A DNA stretch of 48,150 nt from a virus. Taxonomy: Duplodnaviria > Caudoviricetes. Numbering within the stretch: the stretch's first letter is position 1; each line of letters opens with the position of its first letter. The position numbers were made by a program, and so were the translations under genes. The notes under the pieces were generated by a model. It saw nothing but the letters and a program-made list of their open reading frames with translations, searched no databases and was not told the origin of the DNA. The stretch spans positions 1 through 48,150 of IMG/VR virus record IMGVR_UViG_3300020368_000108; one strand, given 5' to 3'. Positions 11,985 through 21,894 of the stretch are shown here, one piece after another.

Positions 11985-12172
11985 TGGAAATTTTATGGGT
12001 ACTATATTTAACAGTATGTGGAAACTTTAATTGTATGACACAAGAAGTTCAGAGATTTGAAAACCAAGCAAAGTGTGTGGCGTCACAAGCCATGCATGAA
12101 ATGATTCCAGTGGATGGAAATTTTAAAAAAGTAAGTTATAGATGTAGACCAAAGGATAGCATTGATGTCTAA
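11984..12172 (+). CDS. Small Cys-containing, possibly exported protein
   Basis: 62 aa with a hydrophobic N-terminus and 4 Cys. Coupled to the upstream gene by TAATG. Confidence 0.5.
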   Translation: MEILWVLYLTVCGNFNCMTQEVQRFENQAKCVASQAMHEMIPVDGNFKKVSYRCRPKDSIDV

Positions 12173-13004
12173 TTTTACTTTCTTAGCACAGAATAACGAA
12201 AAGGACAATTATGTAAAACAAGCCTGCCTACTTGCTATGAGTATTCGTGCAACTAATAGAACTAGTAAAATATGCTTAATTACTAACGACAAGGTTCCAA
12301 CACAATATGATCATTTGTTTAATGATGTTGTGCCTATACCATTTCAAGATACAGCAAAGCATGATAAATGGAAAGTACAAAATAGATGGAAAATATATCA
12401 TGCAACACCATATGAAGAAACATTTGTTATGGATACAGATATGCTTGTATTACAGGATCTTTCAAATTGGTGGAATCTTATGCAAAATTACGAAGTGTTC
12501 TTAACCACAAAACCAAAGACCTATAGACAAGAAAATATTATTGATAGTTATTATAGACCTAGTTATGTTGCAAATGAACTACCTAATATCTATTGTGCAA
12601 TACATTATTTTAAAAAAAGTAATTTTGCGAAACAGTTTTACACTTGGTTAGAACTGGTAATGAAAAACTATGAAAAATTTTATAAACTATACAGTCCTAA
12701 AAGACAACAAAGTTTTTTGAGTGTTGATACAAGTATGGCAATAGTTGTAAAGATGTTAGGCATTGAAGAGCAAGTAACAAATAAAAAAATAGACTTTCCT
12801 AACTTCGTACATATGAAACCTTACATACAAAATTGGAATCAACCAACAGATGATTGGACTAAACGTGTAGGAGCATACATGGATAAAAAATTAAATTTAA
12901 GAATTGGAAACACATTACAACAAGGAGTGTTTCATTACACAAAAAATAGTTTTGCTGAATCATATATTTTTGATCAATACAAGGAATATCATGGAATTGT
13001 TTGA
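12162..13004 (+). CDS. GT-A fold glycosyltransferase (GT8-like), paralogue of 11157..11984
   Basis: 'YVKQACLLAMSI...TPYEETFVMDTDML' DxD motif and a late 'FVHMKP'. Confidence 0.65.
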   Translation: MMSNFTFLAQNNEKDNYVKQACLLAMSIRATNRTSKICLITNDKVPTQYDHLFNDVVPIPFQDTAKHDKWKVQNRWKIYHATPYEETFVMDTDMLVLQDLSNWWNLMQNYEVFLTTKPKTYRQENIIDSYYRPSYVANELPNIYCAIHYFKKSNFAKQFYTWLELVMKNYEKFYKLYSPKRQQSFLSVDTSMAIVVKMLGIEEQVTNKKIDFPNFVHMKPYIQNWNQPTDDWTKRVGAYMDKKLNLRIGNTLQQGVFHYTKNSFAESYIFDQYKEYHGIV

Positions 13005-13563
13005 TTTTAAACCTGTAGAAATAAAGCCAACTTACGTTATCTTTGACCCAGAGTCTGGAGAAATAAAAAGGCTTACGGGTGATAAACAAAACAAAAATTG
13101 TTTAGAAATTACTAATGACAAGTATAAAGAACTTACAGCAAATAGTATTACAAAATATAGAATAGAATTTAATCCAGCAACAACAGTTTATGAGATTGTA
13201 GATAAAAATAAAAATGACAACAGCGAACTTTTAGTTGATAATTTATTGCATCTAGTTGAGGAAACAAAAGAAGAAACAGATATAATACTTGTTAAAGATT
13301 ACAAAGAAGAAAAATGGAAATTAAAGTTTGGAAAAACTTTTGGTTTACAATTAAAAGAAAAAAACGTACAATTAAAGATTATAAAGCATTTTAGTATAAC
13401 GCAAGAAAACGACCCCCATGTGTTATATAGAAGTTTAGAATTTAATCTGGATGGTGGCAAATATCAAGTTAATTTTGATAGTTTAGACAAAGCAAACAAA
13501 TTTTATTCTATATATACATACAAGAGGTTTAATAGTTATGGACATCAAATCGTGCAAAATTAA
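12991..13563 (+). CDS. Hypothetical protein
   Basis: Part of listed ORF 12904..13563. The ATG at 12991 follows an AAGGA RBS and is the more plausible start. Confidence 0.55.
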   Translation: MELFDFKPVEIKPTYVIFDPESGEIKRLTGDKQNKNCLEITNDKYKELTANSITKYRIEFNPATTVYEIVDKNKNDNSELLVDNLLHLVEETKEETDIILVKDYKEEKWKLKFGKTFGLQLKEKNVQLKIIKHFSITQENDPHVLYRSLEFNLDGGKYQVNFDSLDKANKFYSIYTYKRFNSYGHQIVQN

Positions 13564-14437
13564 AGATGTAGATATAATTTTCTTAAGTTATGACGAACCT
13601 AACGCAGAAGAAAACTGGACTGATCTAAAAAATAAAATACCTTGGGCCAAAAGGGTTCATGGTGTAGAAGGATCTGATGCGGCACACAAAGCCTGTGCAG
13701 ATTTATCGGAGACTAAACATTTTGTAACTGTTGACGGTGATACTGTTGTTGATCCTAAATTTATGCACGTTGAATTAGACTATGAAAAGTTAGGTGTAGA
13801 CGATGATTATCAGTTTAGTTGGTGTGGCAAAGTAAACATTAACGGACTTATGTATGGCAATGGTAGTCTAAAAATGTGGACCAAAGACTTTGTGCAAAAT
13901 ATGAAGACCCATGAAAACACAGACGGCAATGATGATACCCAAATAGAGTTTTGTTATTTTGACAACTACTATCAACTAAATGAAAACTTTTCTACAAGTA
14001 TAATTAATTCTACTCCGGCCCAGGCATGGCGAGCAGGATTCCGTGAAGGTGTAAAAATGTCATTGAATAGAGGTGCTCCTGTTAAAAATCTAAAAGAGAT
14101 ATGGTGGCAAAATTATCATAGATTATTAATCTGGATGAATGTTGGTGCGGATGTTAAAAATGGATTGTATTGTTTGTTAGGTGCAAGAGAAGGTTGTTAT
14201 AAAACTATGTGTACCAAATGGGATCATACACAAACACGAGACTTTGAATATCTAAATACTTTGTGGAAAGAAAACAATTATGGTGAGCACAATGTTGTTG
14301 ATGCTGTGGAAAACATTGGCACTTTAATTAGAAATGAATTAACAATACCAGTATCAGTATATCCGCTCGATAACGAGCAAAGTGAATTCTTTAAAACTGT
14401 TTACTTAAACAGTGATAGAGTAATCCGTAATAAATGA
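13538..14437 (+). CDS. GT-A fold (GT2-like) glycosyltransferase
   Basis: 'DIIFLSYDEPNAEENW...RVHGVEG...AH...FVTVDGD' with a DxD motif, plus 'AWRAGFREGVKM'. Confidence 0.6.
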   Translation: MDIKSCKIKDVDIIFLSYDEPNAEENWTDLKNKIPWAKRVHGVEGSDAAHKACADLSETKHFVTVDGDTVVDPKFMHVELDYEKLGVDDDYQFSWCGKVNINGLMYGNGSLKMWTKDFVQNMKTHENTDGNDDTQIEFCYFDNYYQLNENFSTSIINSTPAQAWRAGFREGVKMSLNRGAPVKNLKEIWWQNYHRLLIWMNVGADVKNGLYCLLGAREGCYKTMCTKWDHTQTRDFEYLNTLWKENNYGEHNVVDAVENIGTLIRNELTIPVSVYPLDNEQSEFFKTVYLNSDRVIRNK

Positions 14438-15804
14438 GCGAACTAAACAAAATAAAACAAATTATGCCGGAGATAGATAAAATATCTCCTACCTTTTGTT
14501 TGGCCAAATGGCATCATGTTACAATTTATCTACAAACAGGCGAAACGCATAGTTGTTATCATCCTGCTCCGCATAAAATTCCGTTAGAAGAATTGAAAAA
14601 CAATCCAAGTGCATTACATAACACTAATGAAAAGAAACTAGAACGTAAAATGATGCTTGAAGGTCAGCAACCATCAGGTTGTCAGTATTGTTGGAATATA
14701 GAATGTATGGGTAAGGATTATGTTAGTGATAGGCATATCAAAAGTAGTAGCATACATACGCCAGAAAGGATTGAAGAAATAAAAAGCAATCCATGGGACT
14801 ATAATATAAATCCAGAATACATTGAAATAAATTTTAGCAATGAATGTAATTTTAAATGTGGATATTGCCATCCTAAATTTAGTACACGTTATTACAATGA
14901 AATAAAACAACATGGTCCTTACAAAAATGTTACTGCACATAGTAATAATATTGATTGGTTTGAATTATATGAAGAAGATAACAATCCTTATTTAGAGGCT
15001 TGGTGGAAATGGTGGCCTGAAGTAAGTAAGACATTGAACATATTAAGAGTCACAGGTGGTGAACCTTTAATGCATAAAAGCACTTGGCGTTTGTTTGAGG
15101 AACTTAAAAACAATCCTAAACCTCATTTAAACATAGAACTTAATAGTAACATGGGTGTAAAAGAAAAACTTGTTAAAAAATTAGTTGCAACATTAAAAGA
15201 ATTAAAAGAAACAAATGCTATTAATAGTTTTAAACTTTATACAAGCATAGATACTTGGGGTCCAAGGGCAAGTTATACAAGGACAGGATTAGATATTGGT
15301 GTATGGGAAAGTAATTTAGATTATTATCTTACACAAACCGGTTGGCCAGTAACTTTTATGATTACATTTAACCTGTTTGCAGTTACAAGTTTTAACAAAC
15401 TTTTAGAAAAGATACTAGAGTGGAGACACAAATACAATCACAATGAACAAAGCAAATGGCAACGTATTAGGTTTGATACACCTTACTTGCGTGATCCTAT
15501 ACAATTCGATATGAATATACTTCCCAAAGAAAAGTTTATGCCATACATGAAAAAACATTTACAATTTATGCATGATTATCAAGATGATACTGACAGAACA
15601 AAATTTAGTTCATTAGAAGTTGAAAAATTTAGACGTGTAGTTGATTACATGGAGAAAACCATATATGATAAAGAGAAATTGTTAAAAGGTAGAAAGAACT
15701 TTTACAACTTTTTTACTCAATATGATTCAAGACGTGATATAAAATTAACCGAAGTGTTTCCTGAATTAGAAAATTTTTATATGAGTTGTGCTACTCAAGA
15801 ATAG
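14434..15804 (+). CDS. Radical SAM protein with N-terminal Cys-rich (SPASM/twitch-like) domain
   Basis: CNFKCGYC (CxxxCxxC) and GGEP motifs. N-terminal FCLAKW...SCYH...CQYC. Confidence 0.9.
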   Translation: MSELNKIKQIMPEIDKISPTFCLAKWHHVTIYLQTGETHSCYHPAPHKIPLEELKNNPSALHNTNEKKLERKMMLEGQQPSGCQYCWNIECMGKDYVSDRHIKSSSIHTPERIEEIKSNPWDYNINPEYIEINFSNECNFKCGYCHPKFSTRYYNEIKQHGPYKNVTAHSNNIDWFELYEEDNNPYLEAWWKWWPEVSKTLNILRVTGGEPLMHKSTWRLFEELKNNPKPHLNIELNSNMGVKEKLVKKLVATLKELKETNAINSFKLYTSIDTWGPRASYTRTGLDIGVWESNLDYYLTQTGWPVTFMITFNLFAVTSFNKLLEKILEWRHKYNHNEQSKWQRIRFDTPYLRDPIQFDMNILPKEKFMPYMKKHLQFMHDYQDDTDRTKFSSLEVEKFRRVVDYMEKTIYDKEKLLKGRKNFYNFFTQYDSRRDIKLTEVFPELENFYMSCATQE

Positions 15805-16969
15805 TAACATCATTAAAAAATCTTGTGGACAGTTTTTGATTACGTTTTAAAAATTTACTCATCTCATTTAACATAATACATAAGTCATCTTGTTCTTTGT
15901 TGTTAATTGCATCAATGATTTCTAATATTTTCATCATTCTTTTAGTATGATCCTCAATAGTATCATAACTTTCGTCAATCCATTTGTCCCAAGTTACAAA
16001 GCCAAGTTTTTTCAAGTACTCTAAACTGTATGGAGGACCAACAATAATAAAAGGTCTTTGAAACCACATGGCAGTAAATACTTTTTCACTTAGATTAGCA
16101 GTGGGTTGAGCAAATCTTGTTTCATTTACTATACTAATGAAACTGTCATAATACGCATCTTTTAAATTAGCCGATCTTTTATCCTGATCATCTGGCCATT
16201 TTGTTCCTAAATGAGGCTCAACATACTTGCTTTCAGTTGGAGCAAGGTCAATTGACATAGGACTTTTTAAATTTAGTTCAGCAAGTCCGTTCATAGTGTT
16301 TTTATTATGTATTGACATCCAAAAATCTTTTGTCAAAAATGTATTATCTTGTAAAAGTTTTTTGTCCGCTTTAAATTGCCAACTGTAATGTCCTGGTTTA
16401 TTATGTAAGTTGCACATAATAATATGTCTGTGTTTAGTATAACGCCAATTTGTGCAAACAAATTTTTTTGTTGGTTTTACTTCATCATTAATTTTAGATC
16501 CTGGGAAATAATCTCTTAAAAATATATCTAAACAATATAAATTTAAATCTGGATATTGTTTTTGAAAGTATTTTTTTACTTGATAATCACAAGTGTAAAC
16601 ATTTATGTTGCTTATACCATATTTGTTTTTAAATTTTTGTATGCTATCTAGTTCGTCTGCATAAAGTTGTGGCTGTGTATCATTAAATTCACTGTAAAAA
16701 TCTCTGTTATGTGGTTTAGTTTTATAACTGGACAATGGTTCATAAATGTAAAAGTCTAATCCTTGTTGATCTAAACGTTTAATCTGCTTACTGTTAAGAA
16801 ATAAATTTTCTAATTGAGCGATATTGTTTGTCCCAGTAAAAAGAAACAAGGGTTTTGTTTCAGAACGTAAAAAACTTTCATTAAACAACTGTTGAAATCT
16901 TGGTATTATCCTATGAGGAGGTTTGGTTGCTGGAAAGTTTTTGTAATATAAACCTTGTGCAAAGTCCAT
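15791..16969 (-). CDS. Putative glycosyltransferase-like protein (GT10/GT-B-like C-terminus)
   Basis: The motif 'FISIVNET...LSEKVF...RPFIIVG...L..LGF' is shared with 20163..21104 and recalls the TEK region of GT10 enzymes. Confidence 0.45.
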   Translation of the reverse strand: MDFAQGLYYKNFPATKPPHRIIPRFQQLFNESFLRSETKPLFLFTGTNNIAQLENLFLNSKQIKRLDQQGLDFYIYEPLSSYKTKPHNRDFYSEFNDTQPQLYADELDSIQKFKNKYGISNINVYTCDYQVKKYFQKQYPDLNLYCLDIFLRDYFPGSKINDEVKPTKKFVCTNWRYTKHRHIIMCNLHNKPGHYSWQFKADKKLLQDNTFLTKDFWMSIHNKNTMNGLAELNLKSPMSIDLAPTESKYVEPHLGTKWPDDQDKRSANLKDAYYDSFISIVNETRFAQPTANLSEKVFTAMWFQRPFIIVGPPYSLEYLKKLGFVTWDKWIDESYDTIEDHTKRMMKILEIIDAINNKEQDDLCIMLNEMSKFLKRNQKLSTRFFNDVTILE

Positions 16970-17574
16970 TACTTCTCTCTCCGTATAGCATCTGCCATTC
17001 TATGATTTTCTTGTGCATGACCTCTTTCATCTTCACGCACTGCTATTACAACATCTCTAAGTTTAGCACCTGGACGTAAGTTATAATAATTTTTTGCAAT
17101 ATCAGGTGCATCAATATTTTCTATTTTGCCTAATTCAATCGCTTTAAGATAAGATGTATAACTTATTACTGCCTGTTCCTCAAAGTAACCAACCATTCTA
17201 TGAGCAACCTTAGGAAAGAAAATATAAAGTATCAAATAAAAATGCCAAAATAATGCTTGGGCAAGAATTATCATCCAACGTTCAAACCAATTAGGCTTTG
17301 CAATCTCGATGAATATCATTAGATGCATACGTTCATTCTCTGCTTCAGCCAATAATGTTCTAATCCAACCCCTATCATCTGGTTTCATTTTTCTTAGGCT
17401 ACGCAAATGGCTCCACATACCTGCAACCATGCCAGGAACTCCAGCAACAGTTTCTAATACAACTGCTCTGTGTCCGTAACGTTTAGCAAAGAAAGTATCT
17501 GCTATCCAACGTAAACGCATCGTAAAAAACAATGCACATCTGTCACCAAAGTCTTTAGGTCGTGTGTGTTTCAT
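16969..17574 (-). CDS. aox: Alternative oxidase (ubiquinol oxidase, di-iron)
   Basis: All four AOX signature blocks are present: LETVAGVPGMV, EAENERMHL, YFEEQAVISY and VREDERGH. Also RYGHRAVV and HRMVGY. Confidence 0.93.
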   Translation of the reverse strand: MKHTRPKDFGDRCALFFTMRLRWIADTFFAKRYGHRAVVLETVAGVPGMVAGMWSHLRSLRKMKPDDRGWIRTLLAEAENERMHLMIFIEIAKPNWFERWMIILAQALFWHFYLILYIFFPKVAHRMVGYFEEQAVISYTSYLKAIELGKIENIDAPDIAKNYYNLRPGAKLRDVVIAVREDERGHAQENHRMADAIRREK

Positions 17575-18053
17575 TATTTTATTCCAGTCACTTGTAAGAT
17601 ATATCTATCGTCATTTCCAAGGTTAGCCGCCATATGCTCCACACCTTTACCCCAACCAAAGTAACTACCGGCCGGTCCTACACATATATTATCTTTAATC
17701 CATAACTGATGTCCTGCTTTTTGGTCATGTAGGAAAACAATAATTCGTACAATCTCATCTTGCTCAGTTATGTTATTTCTAGTTTTGTATGTTTGGTATT
17801 TGTCTGTATGATAAGGTAAAATTTGTCCTGGAGTAAGTTTGTTAACTGCCACAACAACCTTTTTTAGATTAAATTCTTTTACTGCATCTTGAAACACTGT
17901 AGGTAAATTTTCGAAACACATATACACACCAACATTATAATTGTTTGTATCTACTGTTGCGTTGAATTTTTCTTCATGTACTTCATTTGTTACCCATGGC
18001 AAATCTTTATAATCTGCTTCTGTCCATGTTACAGCAATTTGTCCTTTGATCAT
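17574..18053 (-). CDS. Fe(II)/2OG-type (cupin, AspH-like) oxygenase
   Basis: 'PGQILPYHTD' (HxD) followed by 'EHMAANLG..DRYILQV'. Confidence 0.7.
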   Translation of the reverse strand: MIKGQIAVTWTEADYKDLPWVTNEVHEEKFNATVDTNNYNVGVYMCFENLPTVFQDAVKEFNLKKVVVAVNKLTPGQILPYHTDKYQTYKTRNNITEQDEIVRIIVFLHDQKAGHQLWIKDNICVGPAGSYFGWGKGVEHMAANLGNDDRYILQVTGIK

Positions 18054-18568
18054 TTTATAAAACCTGATACCTGCAATGTATATTTGTTTTCCATACCTGC
18101 ATTAGCACCAAGATGTAAAATGTCCTCGTCCCAGATATATCCATCACCGGCTAACCAGTGTGTGAATACAGCATCATCATGTTGTACAAAATGTCCTACT
18201 TTCCAATCTTCTAACATTATTAATGCTCTTACAGGTTGGGATCTTTTAGGAAATTTCTTTTTCAATAAAAAGAATGTGTCTCTGTGCCATGGCACTACTT
18301 GTCCAGGCGGTTGTTTAATACTGCTAATAGTAACGGCATCCATGCCTAAAAGGTTGCCTATTTCAGCAAAGTCTAGTTCATCATCATTCCACCAACGTTG
18401 GTGTATTTTAGTATTACCCATTGTATAAGTTTCTGGAAATCCTCCATACTTTTCGTGTATGTCTGTAAGTTCATGTACTTGATGCTTAATACATGATGAC
18501 TCATCAGGATATTTACAGTCTACAAACTTTGTACAATCGTAATCAAATTTTACTTTCTGGTTATACAT
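18050..18568 (-). CDS. Fe(II)/2OG-type (cupin, AspH-like) oxygenase
   Basis: 'PPGQVVPWHRD' followed by 'LHLGANAG..KYTLQV'. Paralogue of the adjacent gene. Confidence 0.7.
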   Translation of the reverse strand: MYNQKVKFDYDCTKFVDCKYPDESSCIKHQVHELTDIHEKYGGFPETYTMGNTKIHQRWWNDDELDFAEIGNLLGMDAVTISSIKQPPGQVVPWHRDTFFLLKKKFPKRSQPVRALIMLEDWKVGHFVQHDDAVFTHWLAGDGYIWDEDILHLGANAGMENKYTLQVSGFIK

Positions 18569-19529
18569 TAGCCTTCCTTTCTAAGTCAAGTGTCACACAA
18601 TGGAAAGTTCCACCAAGTGTACGACTATGACGCATGGGTAACATGGCACACTCTATACCATGTTTCTCTAATTCAATTCTAGTTGGTTCTTGTTGTTCTT
18701 CAAGCACAACTAACTTTGTATTTACACTTAAAAGATTCATATTAATCCAAGTGCTGGAATTACAATATCTAGGATAATGTCCTATATCAACTGGTTCAGG
18801 ACACCATACAATATCCCAGTTTTTAAATGGTCCTGGTAAATCATCTTTGGTTTTAATTCTACTTGGATTTGCAAGTAATAACCCTTCTTTTAAAAAAGCA
18901 ACAGTGCTATCTAGGTGCATAAAACTATATACGTTTTCTAACTTATGTACTTTTGCCTTATCTCCTAATGCTCCTTGTAGCAATGCACTACCTAATCTAT
19001 TTGCACTATTGCTTACAAGATACAACACATCTTCGTTTGCTCTTAATATATTAGCGGCATCAAAGGCTGGTTCAAATTCAGTAAGTGCAAGTACATCTTT
19101 GTTTCCTATACAATCTGTGTTATACAATGCACTTTCGTGATAGCAACGTATGTTGACAGGATTTGTAAGGTGATGCTCAAATGCTCTCCATTCTCCACGT
19201 CTTGCACGTATAGGCATAGGAGTTGCCATTTGTAAATCGCCATAAACAAATACACTGTCTCTTGGACAATAGTTGTAATACTTACATTCTGTTTTGTCAG
19301 GACGTAAAACTTCAACATTTTCTTTTTGTAAAAATTTACAAAGTATATCTAAGTCTTCATTTGTTTCATCGATAACTCTTTGTGGATATGGGCCTTTAAT
19401 TATTTCAGTTTCATCTAACTTGTCTGCATAATTTACGCAACGCAAACTTATATCAATATCAGGAATCTTCGCATGGTCGGCTACGCCAACAATTACTTTT
19501 TTAAGTTGATCCCATTCGTTATAAGACAT
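18561..19529 (-). CDS. Amidinotransferase (glycine/inosamine-phosphate amidinotransferase family)
   Basis: 'SYNEWDQLKKVIVG', 'CPRD', 'FDAAN', 'MHLDST' and C-terminal 'LGGTFHCVTLD' supply the Asp/His/Cys catalytic triad. The start is reassigned to the ATG at 19529. Confidence 0.9.
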   Translation of the reverse strand: MSYNEWDQLKKVIVGVADHAKIPDIDISLRCVNYADKLDETEIIKGPYPQRVIDETNEDLDILCKFLQKENVEVLRPDKTECKYYNYCPRDSVFVYGDLQMATPMPIRARRGEWRAFEHHLTNPVNIRCYHESALYNTDCIGNKDVLALTEFEPAFDAANILRANEDVLYLVSNSANRLGSALLQGALGDKAKVHKLENVYSFMHLDSTVAFLKEGLLLANPSRIKTKDDLPGPFKNWDIVWCPEPVDIGHYPRYCNSSTWINMNLLSVNTKLVVLEEQQEPTRIELEKHGIECAMLPMRHSRTLGGTFHCVTLDLERKANV

Positions 19530-20127
19530 TGCGAAATACCTCCATCTCGGGCAAGTAAGGATAGTCGTTACTTGTCCAAACTTTGTTTGGTACAGCAGTC
19601 TTAATTTTTTCAATGCCTAATTGAGCAGTTTCAGGAGTCATATAATAATGGTATCCTATTGTTTTAATGTTTTGTTCTGCCCACGGTCTACTATCATCTC
19701 TTCCATCGTACGCCATAGTTTTAAGTTTTATGTATTCTTCTTCATTAGGACATAATATAGCACCACCTCTTCCTAAACTTAACATTTTTTTGTGTTGGAA
19801 ACTTAAACACATCAATTGACCATTTATGTAAGTTTTAGGAGTAAACAAAACTGCCGCATCAACAATTCTTGTCCCTCCAAAGAAGTAATACTCTTTCCAT
19901 TCAACGTTAATGAATGTCCAAGGTATATCCAATTTCATTAGTGTAAATGGCACACTAATATATGTTCTTGTAGGCAAAGTTACTTTTGGTTGCGTAATAT
20001 TATTATGTTCTCTATCATATCTGAATGATAATTCTAATGCGTGGGTGCAACTATCTGTTGCTACGGCAAAAGGTGCATTATAATACTCTGCAATACGTTT
20101 TTCAAACTCTTTCACTACTTCGAACAT
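19519..20127 (-). CDS. DegT/DnrJ/EryC1/StrS PLP-dependent aminotransferase (short form)
   Basis: 'EFEKRIAEY...AVATDSCTHAL', 'IVDAA', 'SFQHKKML..GRGGAI' (PLP lysine) and 'GYHYYM'. Confidence 0.85.
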   Translation of the reverse strand: MFEVVKEFEKRIAEYYNAPFAVATDSCTHALELSFRYDREHNNITQPKVTLPTRTYISVPFTLMKLDIPWTFINVEWKEYYFFGGTRIVDAAVLFTPKTYINGQLMCLSFQHKKMLSLGRGGAILCPNEEEYIKLKTMAYDGRDDSRPWAEQNIKTIGYHYYMTPETAQLGIEKIKTAVPNKVWTSNDYPYLPEMEVFRNVL

Positions 20128-20131
20128 AAAG

Positions 20132-20158
20132 ATATTTATAATGTGCGTATATAAATAT
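20132..20158. promoter_or_regulatory. Divergent back-to-back TATAAATA late-promoter-like pair
   Basis: ATATTTATA-N9-TATAAATAT is a perfect inverted repeat in the 35 bp gap between divergent genes. TATAAATA is the T4 late promoter consensus. Confidence 0.65.
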
Positions 20159-20162
20159 ATGT

Positions 20163-21104
20163 GTGAGTGAGAGTTTATATAATATCAAAATGTGGTCTGA
20201 CGACTGGTCTCCTAGCCATTTTATGGAGATGATTGAGCAGTTGCGTGGTTGTCATATAAGAGTCCTTGGTGCAGAAGAAATGGAACTTATGGGGTTTGAC
20301 CAAAAGAAAGATATCAAACGTATCAGTCGTGCTTTAAAAAGAAGCAGTAATAGATGTACATTTGTTTCAGGAGGTTGGCCTGATAGTAAAATTAATTGGC
20401 CAGCATATAGCAAAGTAGAATATTGGCCTACGTTTTGGATGTCTCATACTGTAAAAAGTTGTACAGACGCAAACTTCACAGTAAGTAACAACAATTTTGA
20501 ATATCTTTTTATTGCATTAAATCATCGTCCTTGGGAACATAGATGTAGGATGATGGATAATCTTGCTAAAGATGGAATATTAAGTATGGGTGCATATACT
20601 TGGAACAAGTTAGAACCAGATTATAATTTTAAACATTGGAAACAACAGGTATCAATTCTTGATAATTTTAAGGATAAACTTGATCACTTTAATAATATGC
20701 CCAAGGAATACAGCCTAAGTTTTATAGAACTTGTAAATGAATCTAGTGTAGACAATATTTTTATTACAGAAAAAACTGCAAAGCCTTTATTTTACAAAAA
20801 ACCTTTTATTATACATGGTGCCAAAGGAATTCACAGAGTACTACAAAGGCTAGGTTTTAAATTATATGATGAACTTTTTGATTATACATTTGACAATGAA
20901 TGGTATAATAAAACCAGAGCCAGCAAGATAGTAAAAGAAATTAGGAAAAATGTTGCTACATCAAAAAAATATTTAGAAATGTATAAGTCATTAGAATATA
21001 AATTAGAATTCAATCATCAAAGATTGTTAGAAATATCTAAAGATGAAAATTACATACCAGATACAATAAAAGAACTAGGAGGTTATGAAAATGTTATATC
21101 TTAG
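20163..21104 (+). CDS. Putative glycosyltransferase-like protein, paralogue of 15791..16969
   Basis: 'LNHRPWEHR...SFIELVNES...FITEKTAKP..YKKPFII.G...LGFKLYDELFDYTFD'. GTG start. Confidence 0.45.
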   Translation: MSESLYNIKMWSDDWSPSHFMEMIEQLRGCHIRVLGAEEMELMGFDQKKDIKRISRALKRSSNRCTFVSGGWPDSKINWPAYSKVEYWPTFWMSHTVKSCTDANFTVSNNNFEYLFIALNHRPWEHRCRMMDNLAKDGILSMGAYTWNKLEPDYNFKHWKQQVSILDNFKDKLDHFNNMPKEYSLSFIELVNESSVDNIFITEKTAKPLFYKKPFIIHGAKGIHRVLQRLGFKLYDELFDYTFDNEWYNKTRASKIVKEIRKNVATSKKYLEMYKSLEYKLEFNHQRLLEISKDENYIPDTIKELGGYENVIS

Positions 21105-21894
21105 GAAAGACAAACCTCTTTTAGTTTCAAACTATGTAGGAAAAGAATTGGATTGGTATCAAGGTGATGATATTACAAATTACAAACAAAGAAATAATCC
21201 AAAATGGAATTATTATGATAGCAAAGGAAAGTTAAAATATAAATTCAACAGTTTAGGATATAGAACAAAAGAATTTAACAATTTACATATGGATCCTTAT
21301 ATGTTAGTGTTTGGTTGTAGTTATACAGAAGGCGTAGGACTATATGACAAGGAAATTTGGTGTAGCCACTTGGCAGAGTATTTAGGTTTAGACTTACGTA
21401 ATCTTGCTAAAGCAGGCACTGGTCCAGACATTATAAACTTTAACACACAACTTTTTAAAAGATCAGGATTTGTAAAACCTAAACTAGTTGTGATACAATG
21501 GCCACAAATAAACAGAAAAAGTTTTGGCTTTAAAGACGAACACGGTCAAGGAATAAGGTTAGAAGATAGGAATGTAAACAAAGAAGAAACAACAAATTCA
21601 ATGGGCATGAGAGATACAGAATGGTATTTGAATAGGTATGTGCAAGAAACAGGAGAACTTGTTGTGCAGTCTATGAAGGATCTTTTTAGTGTGGATAATT
21701 TATGGTCAGCACTAGGAGTGCCTGTATTTCATTGGACTTGGGAAGGTGACTTTACAACCGACTACGGCACAAGAAAAATTTTTAAAGTAGTAAACACACA
21801 TAAAGATTCAGCAAGAGATATGCAACATGATGGACCTAAGATTCATTATGATGCATTTGAACAATTTAAAGACAAAGTAAAATGTTTGATATAA
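21085..21894 (+). CDS. SGNH/GDSL-like hydrolase or acyltransferase
   Basis: 'FNSLGYR...FGCSYTEGVG...NLAKAG...RDMQHDG' matches SGNH block I (G-x-S) and a block V-like DxxH. Confidence 0.5.
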   Translation: MKMLYLRKDKPLLVSNYVGKELDWYQGDDITNYKQRNNPKWNYYDSKGKLKYKFNSLGYRTKEFNNLHMDPYMLVFGCSYTEGVGLYDKEIWCSHLAEYLGLDLRNLAKAGTGPDIINFNTQLFKRSGFVKPKLVVIQWPQINRKSFGFKDEHGQGIRLEDRNVNKEETTNSMGMRDTEWYLNRYVQETGELVVQSMKDLFSVDNLWSALGVPVFHWTWEGDFTTDYGTRKIFKVVNTHKDSARDMQHDGPKIHYDAFEQFKDKVKCLI

